Below, in pieces: positions 49,120 through 57,856 of a DNA stretch of 64,000 nucleotides. A program made the translations under genes and the position numbers. Position 1 is the stretch's first letter; each line of letters starts with the position of its first letter. Source of the DNA: a virus; IMG/VR virus record IMGVR_UViG_3300009657_000001, positions 1 to 64,000 of that record. One strand, 5' to 3'. The notes beneath the pieces are model-generated. The model did no database searches. It saw nothing but the letters and a program-made list of their open reading frames with translations, and was not told where the DNA came from.

Positions 49120-51477
49120 ATGAATAGGAAGCCTTTAGGAAGTGCAGTGCGGTCTAGTTTGGACCGCAATTGCCTGCTTTGCACACGCTGGATGACATGT
49201 CGTGATCCAGCAAAAGACTCAATGTATGCGTGCTCAAAGTTTAACACAGAGTTTGATCTCAACCTCAAACAACTCTTTGAGCAAGAAGTGGAAGAACCTA
49301 TACAAGCCCACGTCAAAACTGACAGTGGGCTTTTAGTGCCAAAGAACTCGCTCATTCTGTCCACACCAAATTATAATACGCAACTGCAAGTCTCAGAAAT
49401 GGGGGAAGGAACGAAAGGTGACGACGGCTCAACGTCGCTTTCTGATATCGTTCACAAGGTTCTGAATTCAGGTGTACCTGTTCCGCCAGACTTGCGCATT
49501 GACGATCAAGACATTCCGCGTCCTAAAAACGTTGTTGAGTGGATCACAGATGAGCGGTTTATCGGTGGTGAAGACCAACCGTTCGGTAAACAGATTCAGA
49601 TTATGGCGCACTACATGGCGGAATGGTGCCCGCGATGCAGCGATGAGGATTACTTCGAAAACGTTCCGGTTAAGCATCGTCATGATCGCATTCGTGAGCG
49701 TGTGTACTTCCTTGAGAATGGTGTTTGCCCGAAGTGCAAACGCAACAAGATTGAGTTGATTGAAGACTACGATCTGCTCGACCCTTTCGAAATGGTGGGC
49801 GTCGTTGGACAGCGTGGTTCGAAAACCATTTCAGCAACGATGATTGAATCGTACAATCTACAACGGTGGCTAACAACACCGAACATTCCAGCGACGTATG
49901 GCATCAAATCATCAACTGTTATTTCATTCACATACACAGCCACCACCTTTAATCAGGTGAAAGAAAACTTCTGGATGCCGTATGACACGTTGATCAACGG
50001 TTCAACGTGGTTCCGTAACTATCACCGTTTCCTTGACGACGTTGGAAATCGTTACGGCGAAGAATTGTACAAACACAGTGAAACAATGCTTGCGTACAAG
50101 CATAAGAATCTGTTTTCCTCTCCAGCCTCCCCGTCGATGCGTGCGCTGCGTGGTCGTACACGCGGGTCTGCGGCTATCGACGAATTTGGCTGGATGCGCT
50201 CTGGTAAAACAAAGGGTGGTGGTGATTACGAACGCATGAACGGACGCGAAGTCTATACTGCGTTGAGCCGATCTCTCACCACGATCAAAGCCGCGTATAT
50301 GAACCGTCGGCGTCAAGGTTACTTCAATCTCCCCAAACCACTTATGACATTGATTTCGTCACCATCTGGTCGTAACGATCCGATTATGACGCTGTTGCGT
50401 GAAACACAGGGCTCGGTTGAAACGTATAGTTTCAAGTACGAAACGTGGAATTTCAATCCGCTTGTACCACGCTCCGTTCTCAATGAAGAATTCCGCAAGC
50501 GTCCTGTTGAATCCGAACGCGACTTTGCATGTAATCCGCCGCTTGCCGCCAATCCGTGGATCGGGGATGAAGACCTTGTGCAATCGTCTTTCTCTGGTGG
50601 TAAGAACCTTGTTTCGACGCAAACGCGTCGTACACGTACCAAATCACGCAAGCTTGTCACCGCAGCGGACTTTAAGGCAACCGGCAAGCTCAAAGAAGAG
50701 TACGGTGGTGTGATGGGGATCGACGCAGGTTGGAATAACAACAGCTTTGCGATTGCAATTGCGTACCCAACAAGTGTTCCAGACCCTGATGATGAGGATG
50801 AGGAAGACATTTTCGTTGGTGTTTCGATTCCTCTGATTGTTGAAATCATACCACGCAGTGATTACCCAATCTCGTTTACAGCAGTTTACAACCAAGTGAT
50901 CAAGCCGCTGTGCGAAGCATACAACGTTGCTGTGGTTGCTTCGGACCGCTGGCAAAACAAGAAGATCATGGATGATCTTGACGCTGCTCTTGGTCTCGAA
51001 ACATTTGAAATCAAGCTCACACTCAAAGACTTCGATGACTACAAGCAATGCCTCTACGATGAAATGATAACGCATCCAAAGTTGGATATGCCGTTTGAAG
51101 AAGTCGTTAACATGTCACTGGAGAACTATCCGGATTGCTTTGCAAAGCATCCTGTTGCACATCTTGCTTTCCAGATGCTCACAGTGCAAAACACAGGCAA
51201 TGCGATTACAAAGGGTGAAGACGACACAACGGATGATATTCTGCGTGCGTGCGTGGTTGCTCATTGCGCTTTGCAAAGCGAAGACGTTCTCGAAGAATGC
51301 TTGAACTTTACCAACAACGTTGTTGATCGTGGACCGGCTGTAGGGGCAATGAGCGTGCTCTCCGCAGGTGGTGGAGTTACCACGGTTGCGAACTTTGGGG
51401 TCGTTGCGTCCAGAGGTTCTGGTGGTGGGCGCGGAGCGGTGTCAAGTGTCGGTGTGATGGGGACTCGACGTCGCTAA
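49120..51477 (+). CDS. terL: Terminase large subunit with a long Cys-rich N-terminal extension
   Basis: Walker A is VGQRGSKT and Walker B is AAIDEFGW. The RNaseH-like nuclease Asp motifs are MGIDAGWNNN and VVASDRWQ. The N-terminus carries CPRCSD...CPKCKR. The C-terminal tail is Gly-rich. Confidence 0.75.
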   Translation: MNRKPLGSAVRSSLDRNCLLCTRWMTCRDPAKDSMYACSKFNTEFDLNLKQLFEQEVEEPIQAHVKTDSGLLVPKNSLILSTPNYNTQLQVSEMGEGTKGDDGSTSLSDIVHKVLNSGVPVPPDLRIDDQDIPRPKNVVEWITDERFIGGEDQPFGKQIQIMAHYMAEWCPRCSDEDYFENVPVKHRHDRIRERVYFLENGVCPKCKRNKIELIEDYDLLDPFEMVGVVGQRGSKTISATMIESYNLQRWLTTPNIPATYGIKSSTVISFTYTATTFNQVKENFWMPYDTLINGSTWFRNYHRFLDDVGNRYGEELYKHSETMLAYKHKNLFSSPASPSMRALRGRTRGSAAIDEFGWMRSGKTKGGGDYERMNGREVYTALSRSLTTIKAAYMNRRRQGYFNLPKPLMTLISSPSGRNDPIMTLLRETQGSVETYSFKYETWNFNPLVPRSVLNEEFRKRPVESERDFACNPPLAANPWIGDEDLVQSSFSGGKNLVSTQTRRTRTKSRKLVTAADFKATGKLKEEYGGVMGIDAGWNNNSFAIAIAYPTSVPDPDDEDEEDIFVGVSIPLIVEIIPRSDYPISFTAVYNQVIKPLCEAYNVAVVASDRWQNKKIMDDLDAALGLETFEIKLTLKDFDDYKQCLYDEMITHPKLDMPFEEVVNMSLENYPDCFAKHPVAHLAFQMLTVQNTGNAITKGEDDTTDDILRACVVAHCALQSEDVLEECLNFTNNVVDRGPAVGAMSVLSAGGGVTTVANFGVVASRGSGGGRGAVSSVGVMGTRRR

Positions 51478-51496
51478 CCCCTTGAAATAAACCCTC

Positions 51497-51526
51497 TTTA
51501 CAACGCGGTTCGCTTCGTGTTATACT
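51497..51526 (+). promoter_or_regulatory. Sigma70-like promoter (TTTACA-18 nt-TATACT with upstream CGTGT)
   Basis: It shares GTGTTATACT with the sites at 32003 and 44441. Confidence 0.55.
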
Positions 51527-51553
51527 GTAACAAGGTAACACGGAGTGATTCGC

Positions 51554-51850
51554 ATGAAGAAAGCGGAACGTCTGGAAGCAGCAAAGCGTGCGTTGGAGAA
51601 AACACTCAATCGCACACGATACAACGATCTAAAAGCCAAACACGGTAAAGTATCTGTAGTTGCTTTTCCGGATTATACGGTTGATAATCCACATCAACTA
51701 TCAAACGGGATCGGCAATGGCTTCAAAGTGAAGAGTGGTGCCGAGCATCCTGATGCAATCCAATTCCCTGTTGGGAATGATCATAAAAGTGGTCTGCGTC
51801 TGATTGTCAAAACCGATGACTTAAAATTTATGGCAGGGAAAAAGACCTAA
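51554..51850 (+). CDS. Hypothetical small protein
   Basis: ATG at 51554 lies 8 nt after GGAG. Confidence 0.55.
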   Translation: MKKAERLEAAKRALEKTLNRTRYNDLKAKHGKVSVVAFPDYTVDNPHQLSNGIGNGFKVKSGAEHPDAIQFPVGNDHKSGLRLIVKTDDLKFMAGKKT

Positions 51851-52614
51851 TGGGTAGACCAGCATTAGATAGAACTGGAGAGGTATATCCGACGAATCAT
51901 GGAGACGTAGAGATTATAAACTACGTCTCACATGCAAATGTGACTGTAAAGTTTAAACAAACACAGACAGTCATAACATGCACTATGGGCAACCTAGTTA
52001 AAAAGCATTTGTTTGACCCGTATTCAAGAGTGCAACATTATGGAAAAGGCTATTTTGGTAGCGGCGAATTCTCGCAGGTAAAGCATAAGCGTCTTTATAT
52101 GTTGTGGGCTTTCATTTTGCGTAAAGCCTATGATCCCGAGTATATACGAAGTAATACGTCTTATACTGGCTGTCAAATTGCGAAACAATGGCACTCATTT
52201 CAAAATTTTGCTTCAGACGTTTCCGAAATGGAGAATTTTTCCGAATCAGGTTTTGATTTCGATAAAGATTTAATATCGATTGGTAATAAGAAGTATTGTA
52301 AAGGCTTGTGTAGTTTTGTTCCCTCGGAACTTAATAAACTACTAAACATGCAAATGTTTAGAGTCAAAACGACAAATTTACCAATGGGTGTTCGTGCAAC
52401 ACGGTCCGGAAAAACTTTTGAAGCACAAATTACGCTGTACGGTAAAAATACCCACATAGGAACATTTGATTCAATTGAAGAAGCACAGTTAGCCTACGCG
52501 AAACGTCGTGTGGTATATGTACGAGAGATAGCGAAGAAATTTCGAGATAAAATTGATGTCAGAGTTTATAAAAATCTCTCTGGATTAACCGAGGAATTTT
52601 TCTTACGAAAATAG
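51850..52614 (+). CDS. AP2-domain protein, homing-endonuclease-like
   Basis: The C-terminus reads PMGVRATRSGKTFEAQITLYGKNTHIGTFDSIEEAQLAYAKRR, the AP2 pattern. The gene is AT-rich. Confidence 0.6.
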   Translation: MGRPALDRTGEVYPTNHGDVEIINYVSHANVTVKFKQTQTVITCTMGNLVKKHLFDPYSRVQHYGKGYFGSGEFSQVKHKRLYMLWAFILRKAYDPEYIRSNTSYTGCQIAKQWHSFQNFASDVSEMENFSESGFDFDKDLISIGNKKYCKGLCSFVPSELNKLLNMQMFRVKTTNLPMGVRATRSGKTFEAQITLYGKNTHIGTFDSIEEAQLAYAKRRVVYVREIAKKFRDKIDVRVYKNLSGLTEEFFLRK

Positions 52615-52623
52615 GAAGAAAAC

Positions 52624-52989
52624 ATGATCAGAGGTACGTACGATATCAAAACTGTTACAACCCGCTTTGACGATCCCGGCGTCGTGTGCGCTATCTGTGA
52701 AGCAACAAAGCAACCACCGAAGCGTATGGTACAACAAGCCGTCAGAGAAGTTCTCGGCTACAAAGACAATTTCCCACCATCGAAACATCGATCAAAACGC
52801 ATCGAAAAGAAGCTTCGTAAGCGCCTTGGTAAAACACCAATTCTTGGTGCAGTGAAAACCTTTCAGTTTGCAGAAGATAGCAAGCTCGCCGCACTTCTTG
52901 GACATGTGATTGTTGAAAAAGAACAGCGAACTGGATTAGGTTCGAAGTTGATGCATGATTTATTGGAGAGAAAACTCAATGAGCGTTGA
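52624..52989 (+). CDS. Hypothetical protein
   Basis: 121-aa ORF. Confidence 0.5.
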   Translation: MIRGTYDIKTVTTRFDDPGVVCAICEATKQPPKRMVQQAVREVLGYKDNFPPSKHRSKRIEKKLRKRLGKTPILGAVKTFQFAEDSKLAALLGHVIVEKEQRTGLGSKLMHDLLERKLNER

Positions 52990-53407
52990 AATTACCCAAC
53001 ACAAGAACTTGATTTATACCAAGGCGTGGCCTGTGATGTATAAGGCCATCGTCGAACTTATGGATGCAGGATTAATTAATCAGACATTTGACAACGTGCA
53101 TCATTCCTATCACGGGATTGTCGCTTGGAATGGTGAAGACGTTGTCGGATTCATCTGCTATGAGTTCCTCGAAAGCTCCAATGTGTATCATATCAATCTA
53201 GCGTATGTTGTTCCGTCGCATCGACGCGAAGGCATCCACACGAAGATGTTTGAACGCCTTGTCACTGAAATGAAAACCAACGGCGTTCGTAAGATCAATA
53301 GTGGAACAATGATAGATAACATTGCGGCGCAAAAAGCCTTTGAGGCACAAGGACGCGTTGCAACCAGCATAAACTATACGTATTTGAACCCGGAATTCAA
53401 ACCATGA
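52979..53407 (+). CDS. GNAT-family N-acetyltransferase
   Basis: The acetyl-CoA-binding motif A-like segment reads YVVPSHRREGIHTKMFERLV. ATG at 52979 follows GGAGAG. Confidence 0.6.
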   Translation: MSVEITQHKNLIYTKAWPVMYKAIVELMDAGLINQTFDNVHHSYHGIVAWNGEDVVGFICYEFLESSNVYHINLAYVVPSHRREGIHTKMFERLVTEMKTNGVRKINSGTMIDNIAAQKAFEAQGRVATSINYTYLNPEFKP

Positions 53408-53883
53408 TACACATCGAAAACCTGTCTCTCACAGAGCAAATCTATTCGCACAAAGACAAGACTGGTAAAGAATACACGATTGCGATTGAGCGTTTACGTC
53501 AAAAGCTTCAAAAGCGCGACCCGCAAAAGATTGCCGTCAACACTGAACTCGCAACCGAGTTTGCGAAGTTTGCAGGCTTGGAGCAGCATCGTTTGCGTGC
53601 ATTGGTGGAGCTTACCGACGCGGAATTCGATTCACTGTTACCTGCTGTTGTTCTTTGGTTCAAAGATAACACCTGGGTCATGGCAGATGGCAATCATCAA
53701 TACGTTGTTGCATTCATGCGTGGTCGAACAGAAATTCCCGCACTCATTGCGCAACGACAAGACTGGACACCGTTTATTGTGAAAGGCGCCAGACCGAAAT
53801 ACGAATCGTTTTCTGGCATCGTCAAAAGCCCGGCGGAAAGGAAATCACATGATCGAGTTCCTGAAACGTTTGCTAAAACGTGA
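53404..53883 (+). CDS. Hypothetical protein, possible ParB-like fold
   Basis: WVMADGNHQYVVAFMRGRTEIPAL resembles the ParB N-domain core (DG.H....A...G...IP). The similarity is weak. Confidence 0.45.
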   Translation: MIHIENLSLTEQIYSHKDKTGKEYTIAIERLRQKLQKRDPQKIAVNTELATEFAKFAGLEQHRLRALVELTDAEFDSLLPAVVLWFKDNTWVMADGNHQYVVAFMRGRTEIPALIAQRQDWTPFIVKGARPKYESFSGIVKSPAERKSHDRVPETFAKT

Positions 53884-54010
53884 TATTAAAGATGAACCAC
53901 GACATTCTGTGCGATTGTCGTATCAAGATGCTGGTGCGGTTTATCTTCGACTTGGACCACCCTCTGTGATCCTGCACATCGAAGAGTGGTACGATATCCG
54001 TGTCAACTGA
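53849..54010 (+). CDS. Small ORF (53 aa), below the ORF-track length cutoff
   Basis: ATG follows GGAAAGGAAATCAC. It bridges the gap between 53883 and 54000, and its stop overlaps the GTG start of the HNH gene. Confidence 0.35.
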   Translation: MIEFLKRLLKRDIKDEPRHSVRLSYQDAGAVYLRLGPPSVILHIEEWYDIRVN

Positions 54011-54485
54011 ATCGATCTCGGCAAGCGATATTCGCAACGCTGATCCAAAGCGATGTTGGGTTGACGGTGTTAAAAACGTCTCCGATCAACATCATATTGT
54101 TCCGGTTGAGTTTGGTGGGCCAGCGGATGGCTTAACTGTTCCTCTGTGTCCAACCTGTCATCGAAACATCCATCGCGAAGCGGAACACCAATTCAAAAAG
54201 AAGGAATCGGGGGAGTTTGTCAATGACGAAAACTACCCCGATTTTCGTGCCAAAGAAAGAGCTTTACTTCTTTCTCGCTATGTTCTACAATCGAAAGTGA
54301 AGTTTGTTGAAACTGGGAGGAAAAAAGCGGAAGGTGCGCGGAACATGTTGCAGGTGTCATTCGAAGCGGATGAGCTTGCCATGGCACATGATTTGAAACG
54401 TATGATGGGTATGCGTAGTCTTTCACGCATGGTCAAACGTCTTGTATTAGATGAGTGGATGCGTCGAAAGACGAATAAAAAGTGA
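54000..54485 (+). CDS. HNH endonuclease
   Basis: The HNH/zinc motif reads DQHHIVPVEFGGPADGLTVPLCPTCHRNIH. The start codon is GTG. Confidence 0.7.
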   Translation: MSTESISASDIRNADPKRCWVDGVKNVSDQHHIVPVEFGGPADGLTVPLCPTCHRNIHREAEHQFKKKESGEFVNDENYPDFRAKERALLLSRYVLQSKVKFVETGRKKAEGARNMLQVSFEADELAMAHDLKRMMGMRSLSRMVKRLVLDEWMRRKTNKK

Positions 54486-54518
54486 TCATAAAAACAGATC
54501 AACCAGGAAGGAACGAAC

Positions 54519-55457
54519 ATGCTTGCAATGCGTCCATTGACAGAACGGTCAACGGAAACGTTGGACCGTATTTCTTTTTGTCTGAATGGTAGTGGAATCG
54601 TTATCCTGCACGGTGTTGAGCGTACGAAAATAACGTATGCCATCGATGCAACCGATCTATCAATTGTAAAGCATATCCCGTGTGACGTGGACGTCACCGG
54701 AGAGGACATTCTCAATCTCGCTTATCTTTCGTATCTGTATGCACTGCGCTTAGCCGATACACGCATGATGCGGCGACTTACCAAAGTTGATCGCAGTGTA
54801 GTGACAACAACGCGTGACAACGTGTTTCTGTCTTTTGACATGGTGAAATACAAGATCGCGACGTTGCGCTGCGTCATTCAACAGTTAACTCCGGAACAAT
54901 CCGAACGTGTTGAGCGCAATTTTATTGCATGTGGATTGAAGCGCGAAGATGCGATTCTCTACTATTTGCTCTATAACAACAACGACGTCCAAGAGTTCAT
55001 TGAACACATTCGTAAGATAGAAGATCGAACCTTTACACTCGATGTTAACGCGCTTCCTTTGGAGCTCGAAGATCGAAAAATAAATTCTGAGTTTGAAAAG
55101 ACCGCAACGTATCATACCAATGCAAGTTTGCGGTTTATTGTCACAGGCAATAACTGGTCATTTAACGACATTCGCAACGAATTGAAGTTGCGCGCAGTTC
55201 AAGCGTACTATTGGGTAAGACCGTTCTACACACAATTGCATTCGATCAACTACGCGAAAGCGAGCTTGAACGGCTATCGCATGGAGTTGATCAAGTATTA
55301 CAATCAACCGGAACGCGCGCGCATTGTTCGCGACGAACAAGGGAACTTCCAAAACGTGATTCGAGAAATCACAGAAGATGTCTTTTCAGCCGTTGATATC
55401 TACGAACAAGAAAACAATATGATCGAATATCTTGACTACAAGCGAGCTTACGCATGA
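54519..55457 (+). CDS. Hypothetical protein, possible second sigma-like factor (very tentative)
   Basis: 312-aa ORF. NDIRNELKLRAVQAYYWVRPFYTQLHSINYAKASL is loosely reminiscent of sigma region 2. Confidence 0.5.
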   Translation: MLAMRPLTERSTETLDRISFCLNGSGIVILHGVERTKITYAIDATDLSIVKHIPCDVDVTGEDILNLAYLSYLYALRLADTRMMRRLTKVDRSVVTTTRDNVFLSFDMVKYKIATLRCVIQQLTPEQSERVERNFIACGLKREDAILYYLLYNNNDVQEFIEHIRKIEDRTFTLDVNALPLELEDRKINSEFEKTATYHTNASLRFIVTGNNWSFNDIRNELKLRAVQAYYWVRPFYTQLHSINYAKASLNGYRMELIKYYNQPERARIVRDEQGNFQNVIREITEDVFSAVDIYEQENNMIEYLDYKRAYA

Positions 55458-56110
55458 GAGAGATCAAAGCTGAAAAGAAACCCAAGATTACAATCAGCAC
55501 CAAAGAGCCAGAAGATATAGGTGATGTTTTCGACATTTCCAAGATACAGCAAATTGATAAGAAGACCATGTCGAAGCTGTATTCGAAATTCTTTGAGCAG
55601 CACAAAGAGAAACTTCTCAACCTAGCGCTATCTCGTATAGCGTTAGACTCTGCCATGATTTCAATTGAATCCAGCTTTGATGAACACATGAGTGGTTCGC
55701 CGATCACACTGCGGGACGAAGAAATCACAAGTAAGATCGATACAGCTTTTTCAAAAAGCGTGATTATGTACGCACTTGATTGCGCAATGTCAGAGTTCAT
55801 TCTTGATCCGGCCATTCGACAAGAGTACACCAATAACTTTTTGAATCAAACCAAAACACCGCTTGTCCGTGAACCCAACGGCGAGCGGTCTCCGCTTGGG
55901 ATTGTGACCTCACGCGGTGGTAGTTCGGATTCGATTCACAACATCGTTGAAAACCTACAGCACATTATTGCTGATCGAACAGGGCTTGTTGATAACTCAC
56001 CATCACCGTATGGAAATGTTAAGAAGCCCAAAACCGGTTCGAGTGCATCTAACCGTAAATTACCTGAAAAGCCCGGTGTTGTGAACCGGAAACGCAATAA
56101 GCGTGGGTAA
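55454..56110 (+). CDS. Hypothetical protein
   Basis: 218 aa, with an ATGA overlap with the upstream gene. Confidence 0.55.
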   Translation: MREIKAEKKPKITISTKEPEDIGDVFDISKIQQIDKKTMSKLYSKFFEQHKEKLLNLALSRIALDSAMISIESSFDEHMSGSPITLRDEEITSKIDTAFSKSVIMYALDCAMSEFILDPAIRQEYTNNFLNQTKTPLVREPNGERSPLGIVTSRGGSSDSIHNIVENLQHIIADRTGLVDNSPSPYGNVKKPKTGSSASNRKLPEKPGVVNRKRNKRG

Positions 56111-56115
56111 GTGCT

Positions 56116-56940
56116 ATGGTAGGTGTTCGAATAAAATCAAACTCGCAATATGATGCAAAACTAGCGGCAAGAAATCCTCAAATCATCCGTTTGGGTGATT
56201 ACGTTAGATGTAATCAACATTTAAAGCATCAATGCTTAACCTGTGGGCATGTGTGGGATGTGTTACCTATGCAAGTAACAACTCGCAAACAAAATTGTCC
56301 AGAATGTGATCGAAAAATAAACAACGTACACAGGCGACATACCATCGACCAATACAATAAAAAATTGGAGTCGATGGGATCAACATTACGTGCGCTATCT
56401 TATGTAAATATTCGCACCAAAGTTGAGCATCAATGTTTAGTTTGTAAAGATGTTTTTATTAAACATCCACAAATGAATATTGACAACGGAGCCAAATGCT
56501 TTTCATGTTCATATCCTGAACGTTTTGAGCGCTCAAAACGTAGTAAACGTGTTCGATTTAACGGACAAATAATAAGAACAATGGGTTATGAGAATCATGC
56601 TATTAGATACTTGGTATCGAAAGGTATTGAGAAGTCTGATATAGTTTTTGGTAAGGATGTACCTAGAGTCCATTACGAAGGAACTATACATTTTCCAGAT
56701 ATCTACGTTATTTCAAGAAATTTATTGATAGAAGTTAAGTCATTATGGACTCTTATAGGCTCTACTTCTAAATGGCGTATGCAGATTGCTAAATACAATG
56801 CTGCGTTGTCTCAAGGTTTCGACTACAAACTTCTTGTTTTTGAACGACAAGGAAGTAGAATTCGTCTACCGAAAAATTGGTTTTCGTGTAGTCGAAAACA
56901 AATGTTGAAGATACTGGATCTTAGCTATGGCTATAGATAA
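56116..56940 (+). CDS. Free-standing homing-endonuclease-like protein (two zinc-ribbon repeats plus a PD-(D/E)XK nuclease)
   Basis: The repeats read KHQCLTCGHVW...NCPECD and EHQCLVCKDVF...KCFSCS. The nuclease core reads HFPDIYV...LLIEVKS. The gene is AT-rich and sits directly upstream of the primase gene. Confidence 0.6.
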   Translation: MVGVRIKSNSQYDAKLAARNPQIIRLGDYVRCNQHLKHQCLTCGHVWDVLPMQVTTRKQNCPECDRKINNVHRRHTIDQYNKKLESMGSTLRALSYVNIRTKVEHQCLVCKDVFIKHPQMNIDNGAKCFSCSYPERFERSKRSKRVRFNGQIIRTMGYENHAIRYLVSKGIEKSDIVFGKDVPRVHYEGTIHFPDIYVISRNLLIEVKSLWTLIGSTSKWRMQIAKYNAALSQGFDYKLLVFERQGSRIRLPKNWFSCSRKQMLKILDLSYGYR

Positions 56941-57856
56941 AATAGGACATGTACGATCACAAATTGCTTCTTTTAGCGGGAAACTGAGACCAAAAGAAGA
57001 ACATGATGGTGTGAAAATAGTTTGTCCTTTTCATGCCGGTGGTCACGAACGAACACCATCCTGTAAAGTGAATATCACGAATGCAATCGGACGCTTCTAT
57101 TGCTTTGGGTGTCATACCAAAGGCGATTGGAATCTGCTGTGTGAAGCAACAGGAATGCAAGGTTTCAAGCGTTCCGATCAAGTGCATGACGTGTTTGCAT
57201 TTGCGATGCCCGAGATACACTATTCGGAAAAAGCGCCCGAGCTTGAAGATATCGATGCATTGAAACGTTACAATATCCCAACGCCGTGGCGCGGAATTGA
57301 ACTTGAAACACTTCAACTCTTTGGCGCACGCTTCCCGAAGCATCGATTTTACCCGCAAAATGATTTCTTCTACTTGCCGGTTCATGTGAATAAGAAGTAT
57401 GTTGGTGGCGTGTATGCGCGTCGTGTTGTTACCAAAGAAGGTAAAGAGCGTGGCGAGATATCCTATATCAACACCAAAGGACGCTGGTCGAAGCAATACG
57501 TGTTCGGCTATAACATTGCGCGTCAACGACGCGGACCGCTTTGGTACGTTGAAGGTCCACGTGATTGTTTGAAGATTTCACAACTTGGAGGCCGCGCGGT
57601 TGCAGGGCTTGGATCCTATGTTGGACCGCACAAAATCAAGTTGATTGAAGCCCTCGATCCGCCCGCTGTTATTATTGCAACGGACCCTGATGAAGCTGGG
57701 GATCGTGCGCGCGCTTATCTCAAAGAGCATCTACCAATGATCCCTGTACATGATGCCGTTTTCCCGGAAGGAAGAGACCCGGCAAATTTTACACCTCGGT
57801 CATTCAGTCGTATGATGCACAAGTTTGGATTTGATTATGAGTATGAAGCGGCTTAA
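56927..57856 (+). CDS. DnaG-like DNA primase (CHC2 zinc finger plus Toprim)
   Basis: The zinc finger reads CPFHAGGHERTPSCKV...FYCFGCHTKGD. The Toprim motifs are WYVEGPRDCL and IIATDPDEAGD. Confidence 0.8.
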   Translation: MAIDKIGHVRSQIASFSGKLRPKEEHDGVKIVCPFHAGGHERTPSCKVNITNAIGRFYCFGCHTKGDWNLLCEATGMQGFKRSDQVHDVFAFAMPEIHYSEKAPELEDIDALKRYNIPTPWRGIELETLQLFGARFPKHRFYPQNDFFYLPVHVNKKYVGGVYARRVVTKEGKERGEISYINTKGRWSKQYVFGYNIARQRRGPLWYVEGPRDCLKISQLGGRAVAGLGSYVGPHKIKLIEALDPPAVIIATDPDEAGDRARAYLKEHLPMIPVHDAVFPEGRDPANFTPRSFSRMMHKFGFDYEYEAA

